Assembly (NCBI GenBank): GCA_965230435.1
Contig: CBDDLB010000004.1
Coordinates: 335,292 to 399,291, forward strand
DNA from: Bacteroidales bacterium
GTDB taxonomy: Bacteria; Bacteroidota; Bacteroidia; Bacteroidales; JBDKHP01
Length of the DNA: 64,000 bases
Direction of reading: 5' to 3'
The position numbers were made by a program, and so were the translations under genes. Shown here piece by piece: positions 9,771-19,400 of the stretch (position 1 is its first letter; the number at the start of each line of letters is the position of its first letter). Below the pieces are notes generated by a model that saw only the letters and a program-made list of their open reading frames with translations, searched no databases and was not told the DNA's origin.

Positions 9771-11162
9771 CTAAGATACTCTATTAGTCCCTGAGATATT
9801 AATAAATTGTATACTTGTACTACTTGATGCTTCAGAATCTAGATTAAAGACTAGTTCTGTATAAGTTGAATCACTACTGCTATCAAATGCTGTCCCTTTA
9901 CCTCTAAGGACGATGGAGGAACCATAGTTAGTATTATTATTATTATAATAGCCTAGGCTAATGGTTTCTCTGAAATAATAAGTGCCAGATTTAAATTGAA
10001 TAACAACAGGGCGATTAGTAGCTGATTTCAAAGCCCATGCTTCATTTATTTTTGCTCTAAGGTTATCATCATTATTATTGTCATCTGGTTCATCCATTTC
10101 AATAATGTGCTCGAAATTTGATGGTAATTTCTCTCCACCACGATATCCAGCATTCTCCCAGTCAAATTTTTTGTTTTCAGGAATTGTTTTTACAAAGGTT
10201 AATGGAGTATGTAGTTTATAGGTTAATACATTTCCAGAATTTTGGTAACTCCAGACCTCTTTATTACCATCTGAAGCTATCATGTCATCTGTATTATCCC
10301 CGTCAATATCATTAAAATATACAGTTCTATTGATACCATCTCTTAGAGTATTAGTAATTTCATAATTAAATCTTGCTCCATCTGACTCAAATAACCAAAG
10401 CTTTTTACCGTCTATTGAGTTACCGATTAGAACTAAATCAAATTTATTGTCTTTACCGGCATTTGAGTTTACAAATTTCACATCTTTCCATGCACTACCT
10501 GCAATATTGGTGTAGGCTAAATACTCAAATGTTGAACCTGTAGATTTACAAGTCCAAATTCTTTTGTCTTCACCGTAGTTTTGAGTAAGGATCAAGTCTT
10601 CTTTTCCATCTCCAGTAATGTCAGCGAAATATTCATTCTTTGGATTTCCTGAAGTTATTAATGAATCAATCAAAATAAAATCGCCGTTTAATTCATATGT
10701 ATAAATACTTTTGTTCGTTCCTTCATCTTTGACAAGAATTAGTTCATATTTCTCATCATCATTTATATTTGCGAAATGTTCCTTAGCACCAGACATGTTT
10801 TCAAGTAATGTATGTCCGATATAGGATATCTCATCTGGCAATATTTCAAAAAACCATAGGTGTTTATCATTTCCTTCATTTAAGAACTTAACAAGGTTTA
10901 CCCTTCCGTTACCATTTACATCTGCTACATCATAACTATCAAAATTAGAACTACCTTTAAAGTCAAAATCATTTAGGTATGTAAACTTCCATAGTTTTTC
11001 TCCTGTGTAAAATTGTTTGATTTTAATATCTTTTTCATTCTCAACAGTAATTGAAAGAATATCTGCCTTTGAATCACCATTAATGTCTTTAAAAAATAAG
11101 TCTTGTGCACTTAAGTTAATTATTGGTATTAACCAAAATGAAATAGTAAGAATTTTTTTCAT
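9771..11162 (-). CDS. FG-GAP/VCBS-repeat secreted protein
   Basis: 463 aa. Signal peptide MKKILTISFWLIPIINLSAQ. Repeated Ca-binding-like DxDxDG motifs (DINGDSKADIL, DVNGNGRVNLV, DITGDGKEDLIL, DIDGDNTDDMIA). The C-terminal ~100 aa look like the start of a beta-helix. The ORF stops 14 nt from the IS3 end, so it may be incomplete. Confidence 0.75.
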   Translation of the reverse strand: MKKILTISFWLIPIINLSAQDLFFKDINGDSKADILSITVENEKDIKIKQFYTGEKLWKFTYLNDFDFKGSSNFDSYDVADVNGNGRVNLVKFLNEGNDKHLWFFEILPDEISYIGHTLLENMSGAKEHFANINDDEKYELILVKDEGTNKSIYTYELNGDFILIDSLITSGNPKNEYFADITGDGKEDLILTQNYGEDKRIWTCKSTGSTFEYLAYTNIAGSAWKDVKFVNSNAGKDNKFDLVLIGNSIDGKKLWLFESDGARFNYEITNTLRDGINRTVYFNDIDGDNTDDMIASDGNKEVWSYQNSGNVLTYKLHTPLTFVKTIPENKKFDWENAGYRGGEKLPSNFEHIIEMDEPDDNNNDDNLRAKINEAWALKSATNRPVVIQFKSGTYYFRETISLGYYNNNNTNYGSSIVLRGKGTAFDSSSDSTYTELVFNLDSEASSSTSIQFINISGTNRVS

Positions 11163-11254
11163 TGTTGAATTATATTATGAATTAGTACATTATGCGAATT
11201 AAGGGTTAGAAAAAGTCATAACACTCTAAAGGTTAATTACTTAAATTTGTTTAT

Positions 11255-11406
11255 GGCTGTAGTCTGGAAAATGACTGATGTTGTAATATTCAAAAAATGA
11301 ACACATTGCACATGATGTTTGTAATGTTTTTCTGACTTATCCTTATGGATTCCTATGAATTTAGGAATAGGATCGTCAAAAATCAGCATAATTCCAGACT
11401 ACAGCC
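11255..11406. mobile_element. 152-bp MITE with IS1595-like termini
   Basis: Perfect 15-bp terminal inverted repeats GGCTGTAGTCTGGAA (11255-11269) / TTCCAGACTACAGCC (11392-11406). It is flanked by the direct 8-bp repeat TTGTTTAT (11247-11254 and 11407-11414). There is no ORF inside. The ends resemble the IS at 12487 (GGCTGTGTTCGG). Confidence 0.8.
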
Positions 11407-12486
11407 TTGTTTATTTGCTTAGTTTCAGTAACTTAATGTTAGTATTGACGTTAAAGTTCATGATATGATCCCAGAAGGCAAAGACGATTTATTGATAGCA
11501 ATCTATTTTTATATTTGGAAAAATTCCTTAAGCTAATTTTGAAATCGCTGTTTCTTCTTTTTTATTTTCTCTGGATACTTGTATCTATTATAGATAAGCA
11601 CTTAGCCTTATTAAGCAAAAAAGATTCAGAAGGTGATGATTTGCTTACATATTATATTTTTACTAAAGTCATTTTTTAAAACATATGTTAATTTGGTTTG
11701 ATAAAACTGTCTCTGGATCAGAGTTAGGGGATTTGAGTTTGCAATATCAACAAGTAAGACCAGAGTTTGAAAACGTTGAAAAATGGATCGAGAAAGTATT
11801 GTAAATACTAGTTGATCTGATTAAGTGTAAAACGAATTTCACATTTTTTGGTATGAATTTAACCTTCCCTTGATGATGGACAGTATATATAACAAAATAA
11901 GTTTCACGTACAGGTCGGAATCGTATATAAAAATCGAACTTGAGCAGTTGGCTTATTTAGACACTCCAGAATTACAAGTGCAGGTTGCAGGACAGCTGTT
12001 AAGGAAATTGGCTGGAGTAACCTGTTCCCCAACGGATAAAGAAAATGAATTGGATCTTTTTATAAAAGATGAACTACATAGGTTTTGGCAGACTTATCTG
12101 GATGTGAAAAACCCTCAAATAGGAGTTGAAATATTAGTGAACGATATTCATTTCGAGAAAGGAAAATCGTTTGATATTGTGAAGTATGCTTTAGGCAAAG
12201 CTTTTTACAATTTGCTTGCACTGAGGTTTAGTGAATGTTCTTTGAATATTAGCTTAGACAGGTGGGATAATCAGTTTTTCTATGAACCAGATGTAATCAG
12301 AAAACGACTTTCCCATTTTAAGTATAATTATCAGAAGAAAGTTGTATCAAACGAAGTTAAATCCATCCGTTATTTTATTGGACATGATGTAGGCCGAGGC
12401 GAAATAGATATGGTAATGTGGCAAATTCATTCTGGTCGTTTTATCATAGACCTTCCCGAAGAGAAAGTCTCACGCTTAAACGGAAT

Positions 12487-13654
12487 GGCTGTGTTCGGGT
12501 TGATTGTTGCTTGCTTTTTTTGTAATTTACATAAAAAAAGCAGATGGACAAATTAGACGAAATCAGAGCTCTTTTTGCAGACCTATCACCTTCCGATAAA
12601 AATAGTTTACTTGATGAACTTTATTTATGTACAGAAGAACTTGAACTGACAGGCAATACAGTTTCCCATTGCCCTCACTGTGCCTGTGAAAAAATGAGCA
12701 AATACGGATTCAGTAAAGGAGTTCAACGCTATAAATGCAGTGGTTGCGGCCGCACTTTTACAGAAACTACCGGTACTGTATTACATGGACTTAGAGACAA
12801 GGAGAAATTTTTAAAATTTGCCTGCCATATGCTAGAGGAAGATTATACCCCTCTTCGCAAAATGGCGGGTAAGTTTCAGATACACCTTGAGACAGCATTC
12901 GAATGGCGTCACAAGGTATTGGTATCCATACCTGAGCTGGATGAACGGTTTGAAAAGGAAACGGAGCTGGATGATTTATGGTTCAGGTACAGTCAAAAAG
13001 GAAGAAAAGGACTTGAGTTTTCCAAGGTGAGAGGGGGAAGTAAAAAAAAAGGGGATAATGAATACAGTGTCAAGCTGGTTGCTGCAAGTGATGGGGATAA
13101 GTCCCAGTTCAAAGTAACCAGGATCGGTCGCATAAGTGCTGCGGATTTACAACAGACAGTAGGGGATAAATTTAGCAAAACAGCCTCTTTAGTTTCGGAC
13201 AAACACCCCAGCATCGCTTCATTTGCAAAAAATAACAGGCTTGAACATACAACTTTCAAAGCCAGTGAACATACAGATGAAAATGGGAAAGGTGTTCAAC
13301 TGATAAATAACATCGCAGAAAGAATAGACACATTCATTAACAAAAGGTGCAAAGGAGTAGCGACTAAGTATATCCAGTCATACGCCAATTGGTTCAAATA
13401 TAAAGAAGATGCTAAAAAGAACCGGCTTGAGGATTTCTTATCCAGTGCACTCAAAAACAAGAATGGCTGGAAAGTGTTTGCTAATATTGAGAAAATCTAC
13501 AAAAAGTTCATCAACAACCATTCTCAGCGAACATATAGGTGCCCAACTGTAGATAGATATAAGGCGAACAACTGGGAGCAAGAGCAGGCAATGCAATATG
13601 CTTTTTTTTGATCAAAGTCAATTTTTATTACCAACATTAAAGCCGAACACAGCC
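12487..13654 (+). mobile_element. IS1595-family insertion sequence
   Basis: Imperfect ~24-bp terminal IRs: GGCTGTGTTCGGGTTGATTGTTG (from 12487) versus the revcomp of CCAACATTAAAGCCGAACACAGCC (ending 13654). The 8-bp target duplication AACGGAAT lies at 12479-12486 and 13655-13662. It carries a single transposase ORF. Confidence 0.85.
12544..13611 (+). CDS. IS1595-family (ISXO2-like) transposase
   Basis: 355 aa. N-terminal Zn-ribbon CPHCACEKMSKYGFSKGVQRYKCSGCGRTF, followed by a DDE-type region. The size, 8-bp TSD and IRs fit IS1595. Confidence 0.75.
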   Translation: MDKLDEIRALFADLSPSDKNSLLDELYLCTEELELTGNTVSHCPHCACEKMSKYGFSKGVQRYKCSGCGRTFTETTGTVLHGLRDKEKFLKFACHMLEEDYTPLRKMAGKFQIHLETAFEWRHKVLVSIPELDERFEKETELDDLWFRYSQKGRKGLEFSKVRGGSKKKGDNEYSVKLVAASDGDKSQFKVTRIGRISAADLQQTVGDKFSKTASLVSDKHPSIASFAKNNRLEHTTFKASEHTDENGKGVQLINNIAERIDTFINKRCKGVATKYIQSYANWFKYKEDAKKNRLEDFLSSALKNKNGWKVFANIEKIYKKFINNHSQRTYRCPTVDRYKANNWEQEQAMQYAFF

Positions 13655-14434
13655 AACGGAATTATTTGGGGGCTGAATTATGCATATGATATTTATCGCG
13701 AAGAAGTAGAAGAGCCTGTAGGTATTTTTCTGGAACTTATCCCCACTTGTGAAAGAACAGGCTATAAAGATAAAGCAATGGCATATGCAGCCGCAATGTC
13801 CCTTTGGGAACTTTTGGGATTCTCACCTAATGAGGGTATTTACTTCGATGAACACGAAAATTTTTATGGAGGCAGTGAAGAAAAAGGTCATTTCAATTTT
13901 CCAAAACACAAAGAATGTCCTCCGAGGGCTAACATACATTATCATGAACTATTCACTAACGAAGAGCAGTTCTTCGAAAGAAGATGGTCGAGCCTTACTA
14001 TGAGGGGAATGCATAACCCATTGGAATATATGCAGCTAAAAGATCTAATTGTTTTAGATTGCAAAAAATACGTGAAACCAGTTGCCGATTACATTAAAAA
14101 AATTCATTTGTTTTTAGAGGCCAAGTTGTATCGGCGTAAATAAAGCTAAAAGTATTTATAATGAGTGGTTTATGTTTGATTTTAAAATGGGCTTAATTTG
14201 CAATATTTTATCATTAATCAGGAATTTATAATTCCACTTTACGAAGTTAACGTTTAAGCTGAAAGCGTTTCAATTTCATCTGCTTTCTTAAAGTCATTGG
14301 TTAATTGGGACATCGGTCATTAAATCTGTCTAAATACGGAAAGCCAATCACAGAAGTTTTTTTTGAAAATCAATAGTCCAGTTTTCTGCACAAACTTCAG
14401 AAAGTAAAGATAATATCGGAAATGAAGAAATAAT

Positions 14435-14986
14435 ATGACGTATTCAGATAATGATCTCGAGACAATATTAAAAAAGGCACTTAAGGATAATAGATGTAAA
14501 TTGAATATCTTTAATTTCGAAATATCTATACTTCCTGATTTAATTTATGAATTAGTCGACTTGAAGGAGTTGATCATTTCGGAGCCTATTTTTTCCCTTT
14601 CCAAAGAGATACGAAAACTTAAGCGACTTAGAGCTTTAGATTTACTAAATACCAATATAGAAGAATTACCTCCTGAAATTGTTTCTTTAACGAACTTGAA
14701 GCGTCTTGTTTTATCAGGAAGTCCTGTTCAAAGAATTCCTGATAACATTCATTTACTCAAAAATATCAGACGGCTAGATTTGTTAGGAACTAAAGTTGAA
14801 GAAATCCCTTTTAATATTACTCGGATGAAGGAGCTACAACATCTTAATATTGCGCATAGTAATATTAAGGTAATTAATGAAGAGGTAGTATCAATGCCAT
14901 CTTTGACCACTATCTATATAGATCGGACACAAGCGGAACAGAATAGCACTTTAGAATTGAGAAATATTGTTAAGGTAATAATTTAA
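14435..14986 (+). CDS. Leucine-rich-repeat protein (candidate immunity or cassette gene)
   Basis: 183 aa made of tandem ~23-aa LRRs (LRALDLLNTNIEELPPEI, LKRLVLSGSPVQRIPDNI, IRRLDLLGTKVEEIPFNI, LQHLNIAHSNIKVI). Confidence 0.8.
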   Translation: MTYSDNDLETILKKALKDNRCKLNIFNFEISILPDLIYELVDLKELIISEPIFSLSKEIRKLKRLRALDLLNTNIEELPPEIVSLTNLKRLVLSGSPVQRIPDNIHLLKNIRRLDLLGTKVEEIPFNITRMKELQHLNIAHSNIKVINEEVVSMPSLTTIYIDRTQAEQNSTLELRNIVKVII

Positions 14987-15052
14987 AAAATTGCCTTCGT
15001 GGATTCATCCATCTCTCTTTCTATTGAATTTTTCCTAAGTATATTACTTACT

Positions 15053-15547
15053 ATGAAACACACAATACAAATCCTATTTCAGCAATTTATCCAGCTTGGT
15101 TCTAGCAGAAATTATCTAAATGAAAAGCAAAAACAGCTATTGTTGCAATATCGAGAAAATAACCCTTCTATTTGTGGTGAAGATGAGCTGATTCTGGAGG
15201 ATTGGCTAAAAACCAAGCAGAACCTTTTTTTTATAGTAGAGTTGATATTAGTTGTTAAAACTTTACAGAAGAAGTTACTGCCTCCTCTGGTATTTTGGGC
15301 ACTTGATATACAGGATCACGACTTCGATAGAAGAATTATGGAGGTTTGTGTACGGATCTTTGGTTTCAAAGAGGTAGATGATTTATTATTTACTGTTTTT
15401 AAAGAAGGTGATGATGAACAAAAAACGAAAGTAATCCAACTACTTTACCATGTAACAGATGAGTCATACATTTGGGACGAGGCTGGAGGTTATTATGATG
15501 AGTTAGGTATTTGTCAACAATGTGATGAAAATCAAGATTTCTTATAG
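15053..15547 (+). CDS. Hypothetical cassette protein
   Basis: The ORF-track entry 14999-15547 begins at GTG. The first ATG (MKHTIQILFQQF...) is at 15053. No motif recognised. Confidence 0.5.
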   Translation: MKHTIQILFQQFIQLGSSRNYLNEKQKQLLLQYRENNPSICGEDELILEDWLKTKQNLFFIVELILVVKTLQKKLLPPLVFWALDIQDHDFDRRIMEVCVRIFGFKEVDDLLFTVFKEGDDEQKTKVIQLLYHVTDESYIWDEAGGYYDELGICQQCDENQDFL

Positions 15548-15743
15548 GCCATAGTCGTATCTTTTTTTGAGACGAAGTGTCAGAACCTAAAGAAAAGTAT
15601 TTGTTTAATGTTTCGGGAATTTGAATTGAGAGATGATTTCTCAATAGAATTTAGTACCGCAGTAAAAAAACTAAAGGCTGGTTGCCGTGAACAAAGTTGA
15701 TGCGCAAGATGGCTAAAAAATGGAAAGAGTAGAGATTCTGCAG

Positions 15744-15831
15744 ATAACGATATTGAGTTTAGCTACAAATTATAATGTAAAGTTCAGAGATAAGTTTCAA
15801 GGCAGATTTTCACTACAAGTAACAGGGGGGG
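15744..15831 (+). repeat. Cassette-junction repeat, copy H (degenerate right half)
   Basis: ATAACGATATTGAG...TTATAATGTAAAGTTCAGAGATAAGTTTCAAGGCAGATTTTCACTACAAGTAACAGGGGGGG aligns with the right half of copies A-D. Confidence 0.6.
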
Positions 15832-15980
15832 CAAAAAATGACTCTTGATAAAATAGGAACTGATGTCGAAATTCGATATAGTTATGACTACCCTGATAGC
15901 TATGGATCTACAAGGGAATTGCGTGAGAAACCGATCAAACAGTGACAGGCTGATTTTGAAAAATTTAAATAAGAATATTT

Positions 15981-16475
15981 ATGGAAAAGCTAGCTTGTTT
16001 AATAAATTTGAGTTCTTCTTTAGAATTTGTTAAAAAGTCTGTACCAGAACTGTATGTAGAACAATTAGGTAAAGAAAATGTATATGTTTTGTCTAAAATT
16101 GGCTTGCCCAGAAAAATATTAGATTTTTCATTTGATAATAAGCTAGGGGTGAAAGAAGAGTGTTTGATTTTAGGGCATTGGGGGGAAGAACCTGTTATAT
16201 GCGATATGAAACTAACAGCTATTTATGCCGGCAGCTCCCATTTTTATTTAGCCAAGTCTGTGATGAATTTGTTATCCCAACTTTTAACTATAGAATATTT
16301 TTGGACAAAAATAGTTGGTGAAAATAAGTTTGGGAGTTACAGAGAGAATTTGAAACTCTATGCATCTTTTCTAGAGAAAAGCCTGTTGGAAATAGATAAA
16401 GATTTACTAAAGAATGATAATTCTTATTTCTGGGGAGCGATGATAGAGGATATTGAACATGGTATCGTTGAGTGA
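15981..16475 (+). CDS. Hypothetical cassette protein (immunity-like)
   Basis: 164 aa, cytoplasmic-looking. The stop codon directly abuts repeat copy A. Any resemblance to SUKH-type immunity proteins is an unverified impression. Confidence 0.5.
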   Translation: MEKLACLINLSSSLEFVKKSVPELYVEQLGKENVYVLSKIGLPRKILDFSFDNKLGVKEECLILGHWGEEPVICDMKLTAIYAGSSHFYLAKSVMNLLSQLLTIEYFWTKIVGENKFGSYRENLKLYASFLEKSLLEIDKDLLKNDNSYFWGAMIEDIEHGIVE

Positions 16476-16652
16476 CCCCCCCGATTAGAAAAGCAAAAAC
16501 AGCACTGTTCCACAGAGCGTTAGCCTGCGACTACGGTTGATACCATACAATCCAACAATTACGATATTGAGCGTAGCCACAGGCTAGCGCTCAGCTATAA
16601 TGTGAAGTTTAAAGATAAGTATTGAAGTCGCTTTTGCTACAAGGAGCGGGGG
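16476..16652 (+). repeat. Cassette-junction repeat, copy A (full length)
   Basis: C-run at 16476-16482. Inner inverted-repeat arms at 16515-16536 and 16571-16592. Right end ...GCTTTTGCTACAAGGAGCGGGGG (to 16652). Confidence 0.85.
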
Positions 16653-16828
16653 ATTTGGAAAATTATGAGGAAGGTTTCATTCCTGGGCCAATAAGTAAAA
16701 TTATTGGGGAATGGTGTCACAATAACATAGTGAATTTGAACTTAAAGTGGTGTAATTATAGAAGAAATATGAATGGACATTGGTTTAAGGTTGATTGAAT
16801 ATTTCACAATTGAATAAACCCTTATTCA

Positions 16829-17953
16829 ATGAAAAAAAAAATAACTTTCAAAAGCTCAGCAGATTTTCAAGGTTACAGTTACTCTATTGTTGTAGATATT
16901 GAGTGCCAAGATAAAAAGCAATCTGAATCGGAAAAGAAGCAAAATTTTTCAGTATGGCTAAATGAAAAGCCATGTTCTGACAAAGATGGGCTTTTTCAAA
17001 TTCATTCTGATTTTTCGAGAAGTACTATTGGCCAAAGGGCAAGCTTGATTTCGATACATATAGTCCGTCCTCAAATAGAAAACCATTGGGGAACATTTAC
17101 ATCACAAAAAAAACTTTTAAAGTATGCTTTAAACGAAATATCGAACATCTTCACTGGCATAGTATCACCTTATAACTTTTTTGACCCTTATTCTTCTTTA
17201 TCAGGAGAAGCAAACAGTCTTCTCAGGTATAAAGAAAAGGAAGCCAATGTAATCGTATCTGAGTACGGAATCGGCGAAATTGAATTCCATAGAGGAGGTG
17301 TAAAACTGTTAATCCAAGAACGAGAAGAGCCAGGTTTGGATGTTTTTTTTACACCAAATAGCTTTGTCAAAAGAACGCCGGAGTGGTACAAGAAGTTAAT
17401 GCAATGCAATAATATTCAAGAACAGCGTTTTTTTTACAAAAAATTCAGAACCCCAAACAGATGCGTGTTTCAGGATATGGCAATACAGGGTATCACTTAT
17501 GCTTACGAACAGTATGTGAAAGAATTTCCTGAGAAGAAAAAACGGGGGCTTTGGGTTAACGTCATTGATATACCTGTCTTTTCTGGAACACAGCCAGAAA
17601 TGGCTCTTCTGGCAGCTTCGAAAGCTTTTTTCCAGGCTGTGGACTTTGAACATAGTCAAACTGTATACTTTGACAAAGAAACAGAATGCATTATCGCTCC
17701 AGGTTACCGAAAAACAATTCCTGCACCTTCCGGTTTTGCTTTAGAACTAATTTCTAATTATCCCTATCCTGAAAAAGAAAATCCATACATTGGTTGGACA
17801 TACGATCAGTTTCTTCAATGCAAGCCAAGGTTATTAACTAAAGACAAGAAAATAAAAAGATATTTACTAGAAGTAATAAGTGCTATTACTAAAGAATTGG
17901 CTGTTTATCATAAAATTGAAAAGGATAATTCTGGTTTTCGGTTGGGTAATTAG
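16829..17953 (+). CDS. Hypothetical protein, intact paralogue of the IS-split gene at 11870-14143
   Basis: 374 aa. Alignable blocks: AIQGITYAYEQYVKEF vs GIIWGLNYAYDIYREEV; ALLAASKAFFQAVDFEHSQTVYFDKE vs AYAAAMSLWELLGFSPNEGIYFDEHE; LKYALNEISNIF vs VKYALGKAFYNL. Confidence 0.65.
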   Translation: MKKKITFKSSADFQGYSYSIVVDIECQDKKQSESEKKQNFSVWLNEKPCSDKDGLFQIHSDFSRSTIGQRASLISIHIVRPQIENHWGTFTSQKKLLKYALNEISNIFTGIVSPYNFFDPYSSLSGEANSLLRYKEKEANVIVSEYGIGEIEFHRGGVKLLIQEREEPGLDVFFTPNSFVKRTPEWYKKLMQCNNIQEQRFFYKKFRTPNRCVFQDMAIQGITYAYEQYVKEFPEKKKRGLWVNVIDIPVFSGTQPEMALLAASKAFFQAVDFEHSQTVYFDKETECIIAPGYRKTIPAPSGFALELISNYPYPEKENPYIGWTYDQFLQCKPRLLTKDKKIKRYLLEVISAITKELAVYHKIEKDNSGFRLGN

Positions 17954-17962
17954 AATATTATC

Positions 17963-18120
17963 ACCCCCATGGCAGTGTTCCGCCGAGCGTTAGCCTGTGG
18001 CTACGCACGATACCATGCAATTCAACAATTACGATATTGAGCGTAACCAAAAGCTAACGCTCAGCTATAATGTGTAGTTTGAAGATAAGTATTGAAGTCG
18101 CTTTTGCTACAAGGAGAGGG
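17963..18120 (+). repeat. Cassette-junction repeat, copy B (full length)
   Basis: CACCCCC...GAGCGTTAGCCTGTGGCTACGC-loop-GCGTAACCAAAAGCTAACGCTC...GCTTTTGCTACAAGGAGAGGG. Confidence 0.85.
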
Positions 18121-18222
18121 AGTAAGACTATAGATAAGTTTGATCCTGCTGTATTTAAAGAATTACAGAAGTATTATTTAAAAATGATGAAGTTACATGG
18201 TAAATATTATCTTAAAAAATAA
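18070..18222 (+). CDS. 50-aa ORF starting inside repeat copy B (orphan module or small peptide)
   Basis: The ATG sits in the repeat's TATAATG. Product MCSLKISIEVAFATRRGSKTIDKFDPAVFKELQKYYLKMMKLHGKYYLKK. The first ~16 aa are repeat-encoded and the rest is unique. It is below the ORF-track length cutoff; the translation is mine. Confidence 0.3.
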   Translation: MCSLKISIEVAFATRRGSKTIDKFDPAVFKELQKYYLKMMKLHGKYYLKK

Positions 18223-18231
18223 ACTTTGGAA

Positions 18232-18657
18232 ATGATGAATAATAATAAATCTGGATATTGGGCTATTGCTATGATTATTACTTTAACAATTATATCCACG
18301 ATTGTAATGGAATATTTTAGAGGAACTCTTAAAGAAAATCATAAATACACAGTAGGAAAGACCGTTAAGTTTATTTATCCAAGAAATGGTACTATCATAA
18401 CTTACCAGTATCATGTTGAGGGCAAACTGTATACAGGAGAATTGGGAGTGAAACGAGATTATGCCTTACTTGAAAGATGTTTCATTGTTATGTTTAATCC
18501 CGATCACCCTTGGGTTTGTAAATTTTTAATTGACAAAGAGGTAATTGATACGGTTGTTCCTCCAAGTCTAGGTTGGGATTCTATTCCGCCAAATATTTTA
18601 GTTGATACCCCCCGCTCACAGCACACCTACAAGGAGCGGGGGGCTCCCAGAAAATGA
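18232..18657 (+). CDS. Small membrane protein (cassette gene)
   Basis: The ORF track starts at TTG 18226 and the first ATG is at 18232. TM helix YWAIAMIITLTIISTIVM. The last ~15 codons are encoded by mini-repeat copy E. Confidence 0.55.
   Translation: MMNNNKSGYWAIAMIITLTIISTIVMEYFRGTLKENHKYTVGKTVKFIYPRNGTIITYQYHVEGKLYTGELGVKRDYALLERCFIVMFNPDHPWVCKFLIDKEVIDTVVPPSLGWDSIPPNILVDTPRSQHTYKERGAPRK
18608..18643 (+). repeat. Cassette-junction repeat, copy E (36-bp mini derivative, ends only)
   Basis: CCCCCCGCTCACAGCACACCTACAAGGAGCGGGGGG. This is the left end joined to the right end and forms a 10-bp GC hairpin. Confidence 0.7.
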
Positions 18658-18748
18658 AAAGCATAACCTTGATGTCCTATGGCGGTGGGAAGGAGCTGTT
18701 TTAATACCAGTGAGATCTTGTTCATGATCCTGCTAGTTGAGTGTTTGA

Positions 18749-19123
18749 TGTTTTGCAGGAGCAGTTGCGGCTATACCTGGCGCTGTATTTGGAGCAGGTA
18801 CAGCAGGTGGATATATTGCTTTAGCTGGTATTGCCAATGGAGTTGATGATATGATAGAGGCAGCTGGTTTTAATAATAACAAATCTTTAACGGTTAATTT
18901 AGCTTCGTTAATTGGTGATGCCCCCGAGCTTAATGAAGCGGTTGCAACCTCTATAAAAACTGTTGGTACTATTATTACATTAAGAGACGGAGTTTTCTCA
19001 TTGCGTAAAGTTTCTGTAGCACCTACTACTAATGTAGTTGTCATTGGAACTGTAATAGGTTCTTCGAACGATCTAAGATCATTTATAGATTTAGCAAAGG
19101 AAATATCTTCTGATGAAAAATAA
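18749..19123 (+). pseudogene. Start-less toxin fragment with a Gly/Ala-zipper membrane segment
   Basis: The frame is open from the stop at 18746-18748: CFAGAVAAIPGAVFGAGTAGGYIALAGIANGVDDMIEAAGFNNNKSLTV... The first ATG comes only at 18851. The Gly-zipper resembles the TM region of the 33096-35228 effector. The 131-aa minus-strand ORF here looks like its antisense shadow. Confidence 0.45.
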
Positions 19124-19204
19124 TCCATTTAAGTTAAATAAACTTGATTATCTTGTCTTGTATTGAAAATGATACAGGTCAATTAATACTATTTTTACTG
19201 CCAT

Positions 19205-19393
19205 ATGAAGAAAAAAGGCGAAATATTCTTTTTATTATTTTTTCTCATCCTATGTGTTGATGTTATGTTGGGACATTTATATATTAGATATCCACACTTA
19301 TATAGTATTGTTGTAAGATTATATTTTGTTCCAATAGCACTTATTATTTATAATATACTACATCACAGAAATAAAAATTTATTTTCTACCTAA
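19205..19393 (+). CDS. Small two-TM membrane protein
   Basis: 62 aa and strongly hydrophobic (IFFLLFFLILCVDVMLG, YFVPIALIIYNIL). Its position after the toxin fragment suggests immunity. Confidence 0.4.
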   Translation: MKKKGEIFFLLFFLILCVDVMLGHLYIRYPHLYSIVVRLYFVPIALIIYNILHHRNKNLFST

Positions 19394-19400
19394 TTATACA

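Larger units (their letters stand above)
11870..14143 (+). pseudogene. Gene of unknown function split by an IS1595-family insertion (halves 11870-12486 and 13663-14143)
   Basis: Removing 12487-13654 and one copy of the 8-bp duplication restores the frame ...EEKVSRLNG|IIWGLNYAYDIYREEV... The restored product of ~366 aa is collinear with the 374-aa paralogue at 16829-17953. Confidence 0.8.

Noticed and set aside
18733-19128. 131-aa minus-strand ORF
   Set aside because: Its Pro/Ala-rich translation is the typical antisense shadow of the Gly/Ala-rich plus-strand frame, and the plus-strand frame has the more protein-like sequence and context. The decision is not certain.
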